Assembly (NCBI GenBank): GCA_964016885.1 | Contig: OZ024748.1 | Span: forward strand, 56,916,001 to 56,980,000 | From: Eledone cirrhosa | Lineage: Eukaryota | DNA: 64,000 nucleotides | Direction: 5' to 3' | In this document: piece by piece, positions 15,396 through 29,115 of the stretch | How positions within the stretch are numbered: position 1 is the stretch's first letter | Layout of the letters: every line of letters starts with the position of its first letter | Translations under genes and position numbers: made by a program | The notes under the pieces: generated by a model | The model's database searches: none | What the model saw: the letters and a program-made list of their open reading frames with translations, nothing else | What the model was told of the DNA's origin: nothing

Positions 15396-16333
15396 AAGAA
15401 GAAGAAGAAGAAGAAGAAAAATATTACTATTATCATTTTTATTATACCAAGAAATGAATAAAATAACTAACCACCCAAATGAACTAACACTAGAGAGTGG
15501 TATACCTATTAAATATAGAGAAAGATAGCTATATGTGCATCAACTTTGATCAATGAACAAACTTTAGTAACAGAAAAGGATTACAAAGAAATGAAAAAGG
15601 ACGTGGATGATGGGAATCTTGACAGAAAATAGGTTGGATACATATTGAGTTTATCACACCAACAATAAACTTAGAAGAAGGGAAACAAACATTACGCTTG
15701 ACCGAAAATGGCGCAGTAAAAAGAAGCTTTGAAAGCTGTATCTTAAACGTATAGCAAAGAAGACTAGAACAAAGTTTCATTAAACAAAAATAGACAAGAT
15801 CCATGATTGAGCTGTCTTATTACCTCAGCCGTTCTAACCATGACAATGGCGTCCTCTTTTTTGTGAATTTAGTTTATTTAGCACTATATTATCCTATATT
15901 ATCCCATGTGTCCTTTCTGTTCTTAGACGCTGCCATGTGATTCGAGATATATTTGGCTGCTTTCTCTCGCAATCAAGCGAACACGGAGGTTTTCTCGTTG
16001 GCTTGCCAACGAGATAGTAATTGTCGTATGTGAAGGAAAATGAACGAAACTATTAACAACACTGTGTGAATGTAGCAAGATAGGCTGAAACTAATATAAA
16101 AGTAGACATGACAGGATATGGGAAAAAACGTACAGTTACACTGGGGAGTTAATAGGAAATTCTGATTCAAAATAGATGAATAATGTACCATTCCCAGCGA
16201 GAAGCCTATATTGAAAATGTCTTCTGTAAGATTATGTGAAATTTTCTAGTGTAAAATAGCTATGTAATCGACCAGTATATGAGAAAAACAACAACAAAGT
16301 ATGTATTGTAATATCCCAATTTGTCTTTAAAAT

Positions 16334-16503
16334 ATGGCGGTGGATTGGCAGAGTCGTTAAAGCGTCGGATAGAATATTTGGATTGATGGTAACGGATCTA
16401 TATTCGCTCTGCTCTAAGTTCATATCTCAACGAAGGAACCTTTGCTGTTTTCACCCCTCCAATATCAATAAATAATATACCAGTTAAATATCAAGGTTGA
16501 TTA
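16334..16503 (+). mobile_element. Old diverged OK-like SINE
   Basis: Head ggcggtggattggcagagtcg, degenerate box B ctaagttcatatctc. Confidence 0.7.
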
Positions 16504-17685
16504 TTTTCGTTCTTTTCCTCGGAATTGGCTTCGAGTCGCTGTGGGAGTTGTAAAAAGTGAATATTCACAGCGCAATTTTCTCCAGAATTTCAGAAGCTTT
16601 GAGCGAGGAGCTAACAACCTGTTCTCTTGTAAAATTACATACTACTGACATTTTCCAATAACCGACCGACATACAGTACAGCACAGATCGGACACAACGG
16701 AAGAAATAAGACACATGTATGATAGGTGAAGGGAGGTAAAAGAAAACAAAATATTGACAATATATCATGGCAATAAAGCGAACATAGAATGCATATAAGT
16801 AAGAATGATTCCCTCTGTCTTTGAATGTGACAATGTTGCTTAGTTCTGGTGCACCACCTTGAAGGGTTTTAGTCGATCATATCGACCCTTTGGTTACCTT
16901 TGTTCAACTACTTATTTAATGATTTGAACTAATCGTCCGATCAATTAGTTCCATTCGTTCATTCACTGGTATTTGTTTTATCGATAATTTGTTTGATGAA
17001 ATTCAAAGATACGCTAAATGATGGGGTTTAAGTAACAAACGCTTAACGACGGAAGCTTCTCTGTAGTCATTTGATCATTAGAATGACTCAGATGAGAAAT
17101 AATAGATAATACGTGCGTAGTGGGTCTCGTTCGGGTGACAGTAAGTCCTCACATCTATACCATAGACCGTTACAAAAATTGGTTCAAATCTCATTCTCCA
17201 TGCAAACAATAGGCAAAACGTCTCTGGTGATTTTTTTAAAATCTGAAAGTAAAAAGTAAAACAGATATATTAGTCGGGATTTTGGGGAAATAAAGATAAT
17301 GCATATTGCTGTGTAACGTATCTTTAATTCGAGTTAAAGGGTGGGGATATAATATAAAGAATTGTTCCGAAACTGGGGTAAATATAATCGACTTTCTCCT
17401 CGGCCAGAATTACTGGCCTTGTGCCAATAATAAAATCCTCGCCATTATCATTGTGAGTGATGTTGTTGTTAGTGAAGGCATGGGGTCTAATGGTTTGGAT
17501 TGTTCGCTCGTGGCTTCGATTTTCTTACCGAGAGATCCGTTCTTCTTTTTATCTTATTCTGTCAGGAGTTGCAAGCGGCAGATAGAATTAACAATTAAAA
17601 TACCAATGAAAACAATTTCCCTTGCCGGATCAGACGATCCACATTTTTCCTTTTTTCCCTATAATTATGTCTCAGGGAAAAGTTT

Positions 17686-17900
17686 AGGGGATTTGGCAGA
17701 GACATTACACCGTCGGAAAATTGCTTAGCAATATTTGTTTCCTGACTTCGCAATCTGAGTTCAAATCATACCGAGTTTAACATTGAATTTCATTCTTCCG
17801 TGGTCAATAAAATAATGCACCATTCAAGCACAGTTGTTCGGTATAATCGACACCGTTTTCTACAAAATGTGTTAAGTTTGTACCTATACTGGAAAATATA
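17686..17900 (+). mobile_element. Old diverged OK-like SINE
   Basis: ttggcagagac... tctgagttcaaatc ... ggtcaataaaataa; similar decayed pieces near 10055-10180, 17370-17440, 35895-35990, 40820-40890, 48720-48790, 49045-49160, 51680-51800. Confidence 0.65.
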
Positions 17901-18072
17901 ACTTATGAAAACTACCTTTTACAAAAGGTAATGGAGAATATTGTTGATCAAACGAAACCAGAGATTTACCGCCTAGCCTCACCTCACATACACACTGATC
18001 ATCTCCGAAAGTGATTGGGTCAAGTTGAATATAAAATAGTATTATTCATTCAGTACAAGGTTAATGCTATAG

Positions 18073-19000
18073 GTGTTGCTGCTGCTGTTGTTGCTGTTGC
18101 TGCAGTTGCTGTTGTTTCTGCAGTTGCTGTTGTTGCTGCAGTTGCTGTTGTTTCTGCAGTTGCTGCTGTTGCTGCAGTTGTTGTTGTTGCTGCAGTTGTT
18201 GTTGCTTCTGCAGTTGCTGTTGTTGCTGCAGTTGTTGTTGTTGTCGCTGCAGTTGCTGTTGCCTCTGCAGTTGCTGCTATGGATGCGGTTACTGTTGTTG
18301 ATGCAGTTGCTGTTGTTGATGCATTTGCTGTTGTTGCTGCAGTTGCTGCTGTTGATGCATTTGCTGCTGTTGTTGCAGTTGCTGCTATTGATGCAGTTGC
18401 TGTTGTTGATGCAGTTGATGTTGCAGATGCAGTTGCTGTTGTTGATGCAGTTGCTGTTGTTGATGCAGTTGCTGTTGTTGATGCAGTCGCTGTTGTTTCT
18501 GCAGTTGCTGTTGTTGCTGCAGTTGCTGTTGTTGATGTAGTTGCTGCTGTTGATGCATTTGCTGCTGTTGCTGCAGTTGCTGATGTTGCTGCTGGAGTTG
18601 CTGCTATTGATGCAGTTGCTTTTATTGATGTAGTTGCTGTTGCTGATGCAGTTACTGTTGTTGATGCAGTTACTGTTGTTGAAGCAGTTGCTGCTATTGG
18701 TGCAGTTGCTGTTGTTGATACAGTGGCTGTTGTTGCTGTAGTTGTTGTTGTTGCTGCAGTTGATGCTGTTGATGCAGTGGTTGTTGTTGCTGCAGTTGCT
18801 GTTGTTGCTGCAGTTGCTGTTGTTGCTGCAGTTGCTGTTGTTGATGCATTTGATGCATTTGCTATTATTGCTACTTTTGCTATCATTACTTCTGTTGTTG
18901 GTGGTGTTTTTATTGCTGCAGTTGGGCCAGCTTACCTGCTGCAATTTCTGTTGTTGCTGTAGATGATGCAGGTTCTTGTTGCTTTTACTATTATTACTTC

Positions 19001-19055
<55 letters not shown>

Positions 19056-19060
19056 ATTGG
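18073..19060. repeat. Degenerate 18-nt minisatellite (gcagttgctgttgttgat) grading into (GTT)n
   Basis: Direct periodicity; several frames open on both strands. Confidence 0.9.
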
Positions 19061-19432
19061 TGCAGTTGACCAAGCTTATTTACTGCAGTTGCTGCAGATG
19101 CTGTTGATGCTGTTGTTTCTGTTGCTAGTACTGTTGATGATGATGGTGATCCTATTATTTCTCATGCTGCATTAGTATTAAACTATTGGCTAACTTTCCT
19201 ATAAATGCTACCACCTAATCCTTCTCTTACTCCTACTGCTCCTCATTCGTTATGTTAGAATTACTACCAACTCTGAAACACTGCAACTTATACGACAGGT
19301 AAGATATCTTTGCTGTTTTTTTCCTATCGAAGTACTGCATCCCTGGTACTTTCGTCTATTGAAGGCGGCCATTCTCAGAATTTTGATAAAATAACCAAAT
19401 GAAGATTAATAGACAGACATATATATATACAT

Positions 19433-19846
19433 ATATACGATATTAAACAAATGGAAACTATATTTATAAAACCATATTTATTTCATTATACATATTTCAG
19501 GGATACCATATTAAAAATATGGCATGCCTTCTTCAGATAAAATACAATATATAAACAGTTTTATAAATAATTTTGACGTACCATAAATATTGAGCAACCG
19601 GTTGCTCAATATTTATGGTACGTCAAAATTATAAAACTGTTTATATATTGTATTTTATCTGAAGAAGGCATGCCATATTTTTAATATGGTATCCCCGAGA
19701 TATGTATAATGAAATAAATATGGTTTTATAAATATAGTTTCCATTTGTTTAATATCGTATATCTACTCCAAAACTTGTCGAGTGCTTTAAATCAGTTATA
19801 AAATATTTACTTGTTGTAACCCAACAATTTTAAATAAAACTTTTGC
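19433..19846 (+). mobile_element. Fold-back element family A, copy 2
   Basis: Spacer-less palindrome axis ...tgagcaacc|ggttgctca... at 19599/19600, ~165-bp arms, unpaired tail ~19763-19846, TA-rich flanks. Confidence 0.88.
19479..19544 (-). ncRNA. Type I hammerhead ribozyme motif, intact core
   Basis: Minus strand: tattttat-CTGAAGA-aggcatgccatatt ttt aatatggtatccct-GAAA-tatgta-TA-atgaaata (8-bp stem I with one GU); the plus-strand twin has GAGA at 19697-19700. Confidence 0.78.
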
Positions 19847-19934
19847 ATATATATTTATATATATATTTATATATATATATAAATGGAAAAAATGAAACGA
19901 AATTTACTTTCTCACTCTTAGTACGGCTGTTACT

Positions 19935-20014
<80 letters not shown>

Positions 20015-20207
20015 CTGATTAGTTTTTTTCGTTGTTTTGGTATTGTATGGTTTGGTTTTGCCTGCAGCAATTTTCAATTTGTCAAGCTATGTAAACGTAT
20101 GTTATTTCTCTGAGGACCTACCCTTATTGAGTGCTTTGCTACTCATTCCTAATTGTAGGTCGATTTTCCTTGGCCGCAGCCACAGCTTCGATTTTACTAA
20201 GCTTCCA

Positions 20208-20245
<38 letters not shown>

Positions 20246-20324
20246 CATAATTATGTATATATATATATATGTATATATATGTATATATACATGTAAGTAT
20301 ATATATATATATATACACATGTAA

Positions 20325-20370
<46 letters not shown>

Positions 20371-20389
20371 ATATATATATACATGTCTG

Positions 20390-20468
<79 letters not shown>

Positions 20469-20671
20469 ATATACATATTGTAGCGAGAGAAGGGAGAGTA
20501 GGAGAGAGAAAGCAATGAGAAAAGATCAGGAGAGAAAAATTGATTCATCTCTAAATAGATATAGAGTAGAAGGAAGGAATGGCTGGCCAGTAAGATAGAT
20601 GGACGAATGCAGGGAAATACAGGGATGCATAATTAGATGGAGGGATATATAAATAGGCACAAACATGTGGA

Positions 20672-20763
<92 letters not shown>

Positions 20764-20775
20764 GACACACACACA

Positions 20776-20807
<32 letters not shown>

Positions 20808-20880
20808 CATATGTATAGATGCATATATATATAGGCTCAAACATGTATTGAGATACACACACATGTACACATACACACAC

Positions 20881-20923
<43 letters not shown>

Positions 20924-20970
20924 CATAAGCATAGATGCCTATATATATATATATATATAGGCCGCTACAC

Positions 20971-21047
<77 letters not shown>

Positions 21048-21354
21048 TGTCTGTGTGTGTATAGATGTATGCATATAGATGCACTCACATATATACGCAT
21101 ACATATATATATATATGTGTGTGTATGTGTGTGAGTATGTATGTGTGATGTGTATGTGTGTGTGCGTGTGTGTGTGCGTGTGTGTGTGTCTGTGCGATTG
21201 TCATTGTTTGTTGGTAAGTAGGTAGATGGAAGGACATATGGTAGATTGGATAGGTGAATAGACAGATATATAGATGGGCGAGCACACAGCTAGATACATA
21301 GATAGATGCGTATATAATTAGACAGATGATAAAAAAAAAACAAATTAAAAAACT

Positions 21355-21403
<49 letters not shown>

Positions 21404-21494
21404 TATATACACATATAAATATATACATATATATATATATATATACATATATATAAATATATACATATATATATATACGTATATATATATATAC

Positions 21495-21573
<79 letters not shown>

Positions 21574-21610
21574 CATACGTATATATATATACGTATATAT
21601 ATATATATGT

Positions 21611-21658
<48 letters not shown>

Positions 21659-21692
21659 AAATGCAATGGTGAGGAGAGACGTAGAGAGAGAA

Positions 21693-21726
<34 letters not shown>

Positions 21727-22198
21727 GCAGAGAGGGATATAGGCAGAGAGTGAGAGAGGGGGACTGAGGGGATTGCTGGTTTTTGAATAATGGCCGGCAT
21801 TGATCTGATCTTTACCTCTAGAGAAACACCTCCAGAATCCTTGACACTAATGGCAAACCCTCTTGCTTTAGCTTCTTGTTTTGTTATGCTTTTTTCTATA
21901 CGATGTCTTGTTTTGTTTTGTACTGTATTGTTTTGTTTCTCTTGCTTCCGTTCATTCTTTCCTTCCCCTTCTTTGTCCACTTACGTTTGCCTTTCCTTCT
22001 TTCCCTATTTCCTGCTTTCTTATTTTGCTCCTATTCTTTCTTCATATAAGTATATATCCCTATATCTAGGCCTGTGTCTATGTCTATATATATATGGCTT
22101 TCCCTCTCTTTCCCATTCACTCTCACTCACTCTCTAAGTCCCTCTTTCTTTCTCACTCTCTTTCTGCATATATAAATCTGTCTATCTATCCGTCTCTA

Positions 22199-22358
<160 letters not shown>

Positions 22359-22402
22359 TATGTGTGTGTGTATATCTATATACATAAATATATATATGTA
22401 TA

Positions 22403-22492
<90 letters not shown>

Positions 22493-22529
22493 CATATATA
22501 TATATATATATATGTATGTATATAGATAT

Positions 22530-22598
<69 letters not shown>

Positions 22599-22691
22599 CA
22601 GATAGATAGACAGATTCATATATATATATATACATATATACACACACATATATATATATATATATATAAATGTATGTATGTAGAAATATAG

Positions 22692-22752
<61 letters not shown>

Positions 22753-22765
22753 AGTATGTACATGC

Positions 22766-22807
<42 letters not shown>

Positions 22808-23173
22808 ACCATTCCAGTTGAACCCCTGCCACATTCCGTTGTTGCCTGCAAAACTCCAATTAGAAAGAAAGCAGGGGGGGGGAGCAAAAAAAACATTAAA
22901 TATACTAAGATAAAGATATAAAACAAATGAATACATGTACATACAATGCAAACTGATACAGACGTACACGGGAGCGCTAGGACTTTTGAATGGCTGCATA
23001 TGTATGTGTGCATATATGGACCTTTATATATATATATATGTATATATGTGTGTGTGTATATATATATATATGTGTATATATATGTATATATGTATATATA
23101 TATATATACATATATATATACATATATATACATGTATATATATATATACATATATATATATACATTTATATGC

Positions 23174-23242
<69 letters not shown>

Positions 23243-23302
23243 TATATATATACAAATATATATGTATGTATATATATTTATATATTCGCATATGCAAGCA
23301 TA

Positions 23303-23334
<32 letters not shown>

Positions 23335-23361
23335 CATATACACACACATATATATATATAT

Positions 23362-23437
<76 letters not shown>

Positions 23438-23510
23438 GAATGTATATGTATATATATATATATATTCGCATATGCATGCATATCTATATATATCTATATA
23501 TATCTATATA

Positions 23511-23567
<57 letters not shown>

Positions 23568-23742
23568 GCATAGTTGGTGTGGTCACGATATGTAGAGGCA
23601 ATGTCCCTCCCCCTCCACCCACCTACTGTCCTTTCCTCTTCCTTCTTCCATCGATCCAACCTTCCATCTATCCAACTATAACACTTCTATATATTTAATT
23701 ATTTTCAGGCTCTTGTGTTTCCTGGGTGAAGGAGAAGAACTG

Positions 23743-23744
<2 letters not shown>

Positions 23745-23789
<45 letters not shown>

Positions 23790-23817
23790 CGTAGTAGTAG
23801 TAGTAGTAGTAGTAGTC

Positions 23818-23851
<34 letters not shown>

Positions 23852-24121
23852 CAGCAGTGGTGGTGCTGGTGGTGCTGGTGGTGGTGGTGGCATTTATAGT
23901 AGTGGAGGAGTAGTGTAGCAGTAGTAGTAGTGGTAGTAGTAGTAGTAGTAGTAGTAGTTGTAGTAGTCGTAACAGTGGTGTTGGTGGTTGTAGTATTAGT
24001 AGTAGTGGTTGTGGTTGTCGTAGTAGTAGTAGAGGTTGTGGTTGTCGTAGTAGTTGTAGTAGTAGTAGTAGTAATAGTGGTGGTGGTGGTGGTTGTAGTA
24101 GTAGTAGTAATGGTTGTGGTC

Positions 24122-24172
<51 letters not shown>

Positions 24173-24212
24173 ACGGTTGTGGCTGTAGTAGTAGTAGTAG
24201 TGGTGGTGGTGA

Positions 24213-24256
<44 letters not shown>

Positions 24257-24335
24257 GTAGTAGTAGTAGTAGTAGTTGTTGTAGTAGTAGTAGTAGTAAT
24301 AGTAGTAGTAGTAATAGTAGTAGTTATTGTTGTAG
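23745..24335. repeat. Long degenerate (GTA/GTG)n tract followed by purine-rich low-complexity DNA to ~25320
   Basis: Direct observation. Confidence 0.92.
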
Positions 24336-25329
24336 TAAAAACAATAATAACATGGCAGGATTTTAAAGGGAAATAAGAGGTAAAATGAAAAAAAGTGCGG
24401 AACAAAAACAGAACTGGAAAAAATGGAAAACAAAAAGAGTGAAAGAAAGATAAAAAATGAATGAGGAGAGGAATGAATGAGAGGGGGGAAAGAAGATAGG
24501 TAATGATTACATAGAAAGAAAAAAGGAACAAATATGTGAAGGAAGAAAACGAATGAAAGGGAAAGAGCCTTAGAAAATCCAAACGGAATAAAATAAGATT
24601 AATATTCGTGAAAGAACGAAGAATATATGACGGAGAGGTAGGAAATATACCGAAAGAAAATGAAGGATTAAAGATGGAATGATGTATATAATGAAATAAA
24701 AAGCAGAAAATTAAGAAGGAAAGATTGAAGGAAAGAAATTCTTTGTAAATGTTAAAGAAATAATGGAAAATCAAATAAACAAAAAAACAGAAAGAATTGA
24801 AGGAAGAAAAAAGAGAAAATAAATATTGAATGAAAATAATGTGCTTAGGTGAAAGAAAATGTTATCGGGAAGAAAGAAAGATGAACAAGGAAAGAATTGT
24901 ATGAAGAAAAGAAAGGAAAAAATAAAGAAAGAATTAATCTATGAATGAATAAGAAATCAAGAACGCCAGGAAAAAATAAATCGAAAAAATGAAAGAAGGA
25001 AAGAAGGAAGTAACGAACGGAGGAAGGAGGAAGAAAAGAAGGAAGGAAGGAAGGAAGGGACAAAGGAAGGAATGGAGGAAGGAAGGCAGGAAAGGAGGAA
25101 GGAAAAACAAAAAATAACGAAAGAAATGAATGGAGAAGTAAAGGACGAAAACAGCTAGATAGTATTTAAGGAAAAAGAAAGATTATATGGAAGGAAAAAG
25201 GAATAAATGAAGAATTAAATAAATAAAAATGAATGAATTAGAAATATGTAAAGCCAGAAAGCAAATTACCGAAGGAAGGAGCAATAAAGAAAGAAAGGAG
25301 GAGGAAAAGAAAGAAGAGATATCGAAAGA

Positions 25330-25480
25330 TTTTAGGTGAGGGGAAAGTCCATTATTTTATGGAATCCCGTAGGCAAATCTTGTCTTGGTGGGATTTGAAA
25401 TCAGAATGTAAAGGGTGGTAACTCTAGGCTACAAAGCATGTTGTCTAACGCTCTACTGATACTGCCAATCAACTGTCTTA
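25330..25480 (-). mobile_element. Diverged OK-like SINE
   Basis: gggatttgaaatcag...aaagcatgttgtc...gatactgccaatc. Confidence 0.8.
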
Positions 25481-25687
25481 AACATCGTAGGAATAAAAGA
25501 AAGAAAATGAAAGAGGAAAACAAATTAATAGGAAAGGAAAAAGAAAGTAAGCAAGGACGAAAGAAAGAAAGAAGTAAAATACAGATAATTAAGGAATGAA
25601 AAATAATGTATAGGAGAAAAACTGGGGAGGATAGGACAGCAATGGTAAGGGAATACCGTAATCAATAGAGAAATAAATACAAAAGGA

Positions 25688-25731
<44 letters not shown>

Positions 25732-25808
25732 GTTTTTCGCTAATTTCCAATAGCCGAAATACGATTCTCGCTAAGTTATATTTGTATATATATATATATA
25801 TATATCAT

Positions 25809-25863
25809 GGAAATGGCTTCTACAGGACTAGATCTGTTTCATTCTGAAGAAATCAACAGGAAG
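25809..25863 (-). mobile_element. Family C fragment with hammerhead motif (one core substitution)
   Basis: Minus: cttc-CTGTTGA-tttcttcagaat-GAAA-cag atctagtc ctg-TA-gaagcc. Confidence 0.7.
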
Positions 25864-26032
25864 AAAGAAGAAAAAGGAAAGAATTGTATAAAGAAAAGAA
25901 AGGAAAATATAAATAAAGAATCAATCTAAAAATACATACACACACATACAGGCACACACACATATATGTGTATAGTTATATATATATATATAGTTATATA
26001 TATATATAAATATAGTTTCCATTTGTTAATAT

Positions 26033-26088
<56 letters not shown>

Positions 26089-26189
26089 ATAAATATATAT
26101 ATATACATACAGAAGCGATAACCAACCAAACAGTGAGTGTGTTCTGTTATTATTTCTGGCAATATTTTTACGATATGACCCTCCCCAAG

Positions 26190-26233
<44 letters not shown>

Positions 26234-26239
<6 letters not shown>

Positions 26240-26534
26240 TATTAACAAATGGAAACTATACTTATGAAACCATATTTATTTAATTATATATATTTCAAGG
26301 GCCACCTGAGCAAACTATGGTGCGCTTTCATCAGATAAAATATAATATAGGTTAGTTTTATAAATAAATATTGACATACCCTTAAAAAATGCAACCATTT
26401 CTGTTTGGAATCTCCTGGATAGTTTCCATTTGTTAATATATTGTATATTTACTCCAATAATTTGTTGAGTGCTTTATATCAGTTTTAAAAATATTTTACT
26501 TGATGTATCCCAACAAATTAAATACAACCCCTAC
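26234..26534 (+). mobile_element. Fold-back element family A, copy 3 (right arm largely deleted)
   Basis: Left arm carries a minus-strand HHR (TTTC 26293-26296, TCATCAG 26328-26334); 3' arm remnant from ~26419 plus tail with tactc/gagtg. Confidence 0.82.
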
Positions 26535-26617
<83 letters not shown>

Positions 26618-27258
26618 TATAATTACATGTGTGTGTGTTTCTGTGAGTATGTATTTTCAGAAGTTGACTGCATTTCAATAAATATTTACTCTCTACATAG
26701 ACAGGCGCAGACAACCCACTGTAAAGTTACCCCACAGATTCACAGTCACTCAATAACTGATACAATATTACCAATCTTACGACAATTCACCTTTTATAAA
26801 TAGCCCATCGTAGATGTCTCGTTTTATATGCATTCAAATACACTCTCGTTTCTTCTCGATCAGAGAGAACATTGCTTAATCTTTATCATAGCTATGAGTG
26901 GCTTTCTATTTAGGACAGGATCCAGAGTTTGAGTTCCACTTCTTTCGTCTTTCTATTTGTGCTTTTTATATGACATATTATTAGTTTTCACTATGTTGAG
27001 ATATATTATATGTATTAATAACGGATAGAGGTAAAAAATATTACGTGGGTTGGAAAATATAATCATACTTAGGTAAAAAATGCAAGTGCAAAGTTAAAGG
27101 TGAATTTGAAAATGATATTACGCAAGAACATGATTTGCATAATGTCGAGTTCTGTAATATATATATAAATGCGTGTGTTTATATTTACATATATATATAT
27201 ATATATGTATATATATATTAATAATAATTTTTAATATATATATATGTGTGTGTGTGTT

Positions 27259-27289
<31 letters not shown>

Positions 27290-27301
27290 GGGGGAGGGAG
27301 A

Positions 27302-27363
<62 letters not shown>

Positions 27364-27949
27364 GAGATGAGAGTGAGTGCATGGAAAGCATATCTGAAAG
27401 AATGAATTAAAGAGAGCTATAGGGAATGAGACACAAAATGGAATATATATTGAGAAATGTATGACAAACAGAAAATATCAAATTGGAAATTCAAGAGATG
27501 AAAGCACCAAAGTATGACAGAGAGCTAAGTGAAAGAAGAGTAATGAAATAGATGAAAGAATGACACAGGTTAAAGAGATGATTGTGGACAAGGAATAAAA
27601 TATATGAAAAAAGGAAAGGTATGAAGAAAGTAAAGGATGATTTGCGATGTAACAGACGAAAGAAGCCTAGGTAGGAGATGAAAGACGATCGTGAATGAAA
27701 GTGATAAACGAACGCTGCATTTAAATGTATGAATGAAGAGGCAAAGAGAAAGAAAGAAAGAGAGAAATTAAAGAAAGAAACGAAGACGAACGAAAGAAAT
27801 GTAAGATGTGGCCAAAAGGAATTCCCGGGAACGAAATATAAGTAATAACATAAAGTAACGGATATTAATCATTTTTTTTTTCTTTCTAGTAATCATACCG
27901 GAGTCATTGATAAAACTGTTTTGAAATATCGTCACTTTTGTAGATAAAA

Positions 27950-28200
27950 AGCTTAGTGGTTAGGATGTTGAACATAATAACGCGGGTTGATTCCTGGTGT
28001 GGGTCGTATGCTTTGGTCTTTGGCAAAATATTTCATTTCACGTCGCTCCAATATACTCACCTGAAAACGAGTACCATACCAGAAATAGCTAGGGGTTTAA
28101 ATCTTCTATGGACTGGTGCTCTGTTCCTGAGGGAGTCTTGTACTTTCAGTCGCTTAACGCCACGGGAAATGGAATAAGCGCTGATCTGATGAATCTCCGA
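27950..28200 (+). mobile_element. Old tRNA-derived CORE-like SINE (OR-type)
   Basis: Box A-like gcttagtggttagg, box B-like gggttgattcc, then tctttggcaaaatatttcatttcacgtcgctcca; related decayed copies ~36640-36770 (-) and ~56463-56620 (+). Confidence 0.6.
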
Positions 28201-28526
28201 GCTTGAGACAGACATTTATAAGTGGTGACACTGAGAACTTAATGAAGGATCTTGAATTCTCTGAAAAGTATGAATTGCTGAGATTTTGTATAATGTCCAG
28301 AATTCACAGGTAGGAAATATGATCACAGGAAAAGAAGCTAATGCTAGTCCTTTATCGTTTTATCGCTAAAATTTACATTCATTCGGACATTCATTCCGAA
28401 AATCGAAAAAGCATTCGCACGCACACACACCCACATACATATGAAAAAAGTCAGGACACCTACGGCTGAGCTCCGGCCATTTCGACAGGTTGTACATATG
28501 TATGTATATATATATATATATATATA

Positions 28527-29053
28527 GTTAAAAGAATAGAGGTGTAACACACAAGTTATTATATATTGGTAAACGGAATAGAAAATGCTGACAAATTGTT
28601 CACAGTTGAAAAATGGTTTAATTAGGAATAAAAGAGTATTAGTGATTGTATGGGTTAGTATTCAGTTGTGGTTTTAAGTTTTTAAGTTTTTACCGGTTGC
28701 GCATTTCTAAATGCATTTCAAAAATAATTTTGAGATAGAGTGTCCGTGCTGTTTGCTCTGATCTGATTAGTTTTGGGAATTCTACCTGTTTTGATGTTAA
28801 AAAAGTGGCTCCAGCGTTATTTTTGTGTTGCAAAAATGCTTGTGCTCAAAACAATTTTGATTGGTCGGTAGAGGTCATGTGAATGTAAAAAGTTGATTTT
28901 GCGCCAAGACTGTTTTATGTTAAAAAAGTGGCTCCAGCAAAAATTCTTGGTCAAAACAATTTTGATTGGTCGGTAGAGGTCATGTGGATAAAAAATTGGT
29001 TTTGCGCCAAGATTGAGAAATGACTCTTTCACAACAAATATGTGTGTGTGTGT

Positions 29054-29115
<62 letters not shown>

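Noticed and set aside
19433-19762. Interpreting the palindromes as ordinary DNA-transposon MITEs
   Set aside because: Asymmetric 3' tails, variable axis positions between copies, a tail-only truncated copy (32623) and ribozyme motifs fit retro-mobilised PLE derivatives better.
28787-29012. Direct repeats considered as a CRISPR-like array
   Set aside because: Only two long diverged units inside a PLE terminal region, no unique spacers, eukaryotic context.
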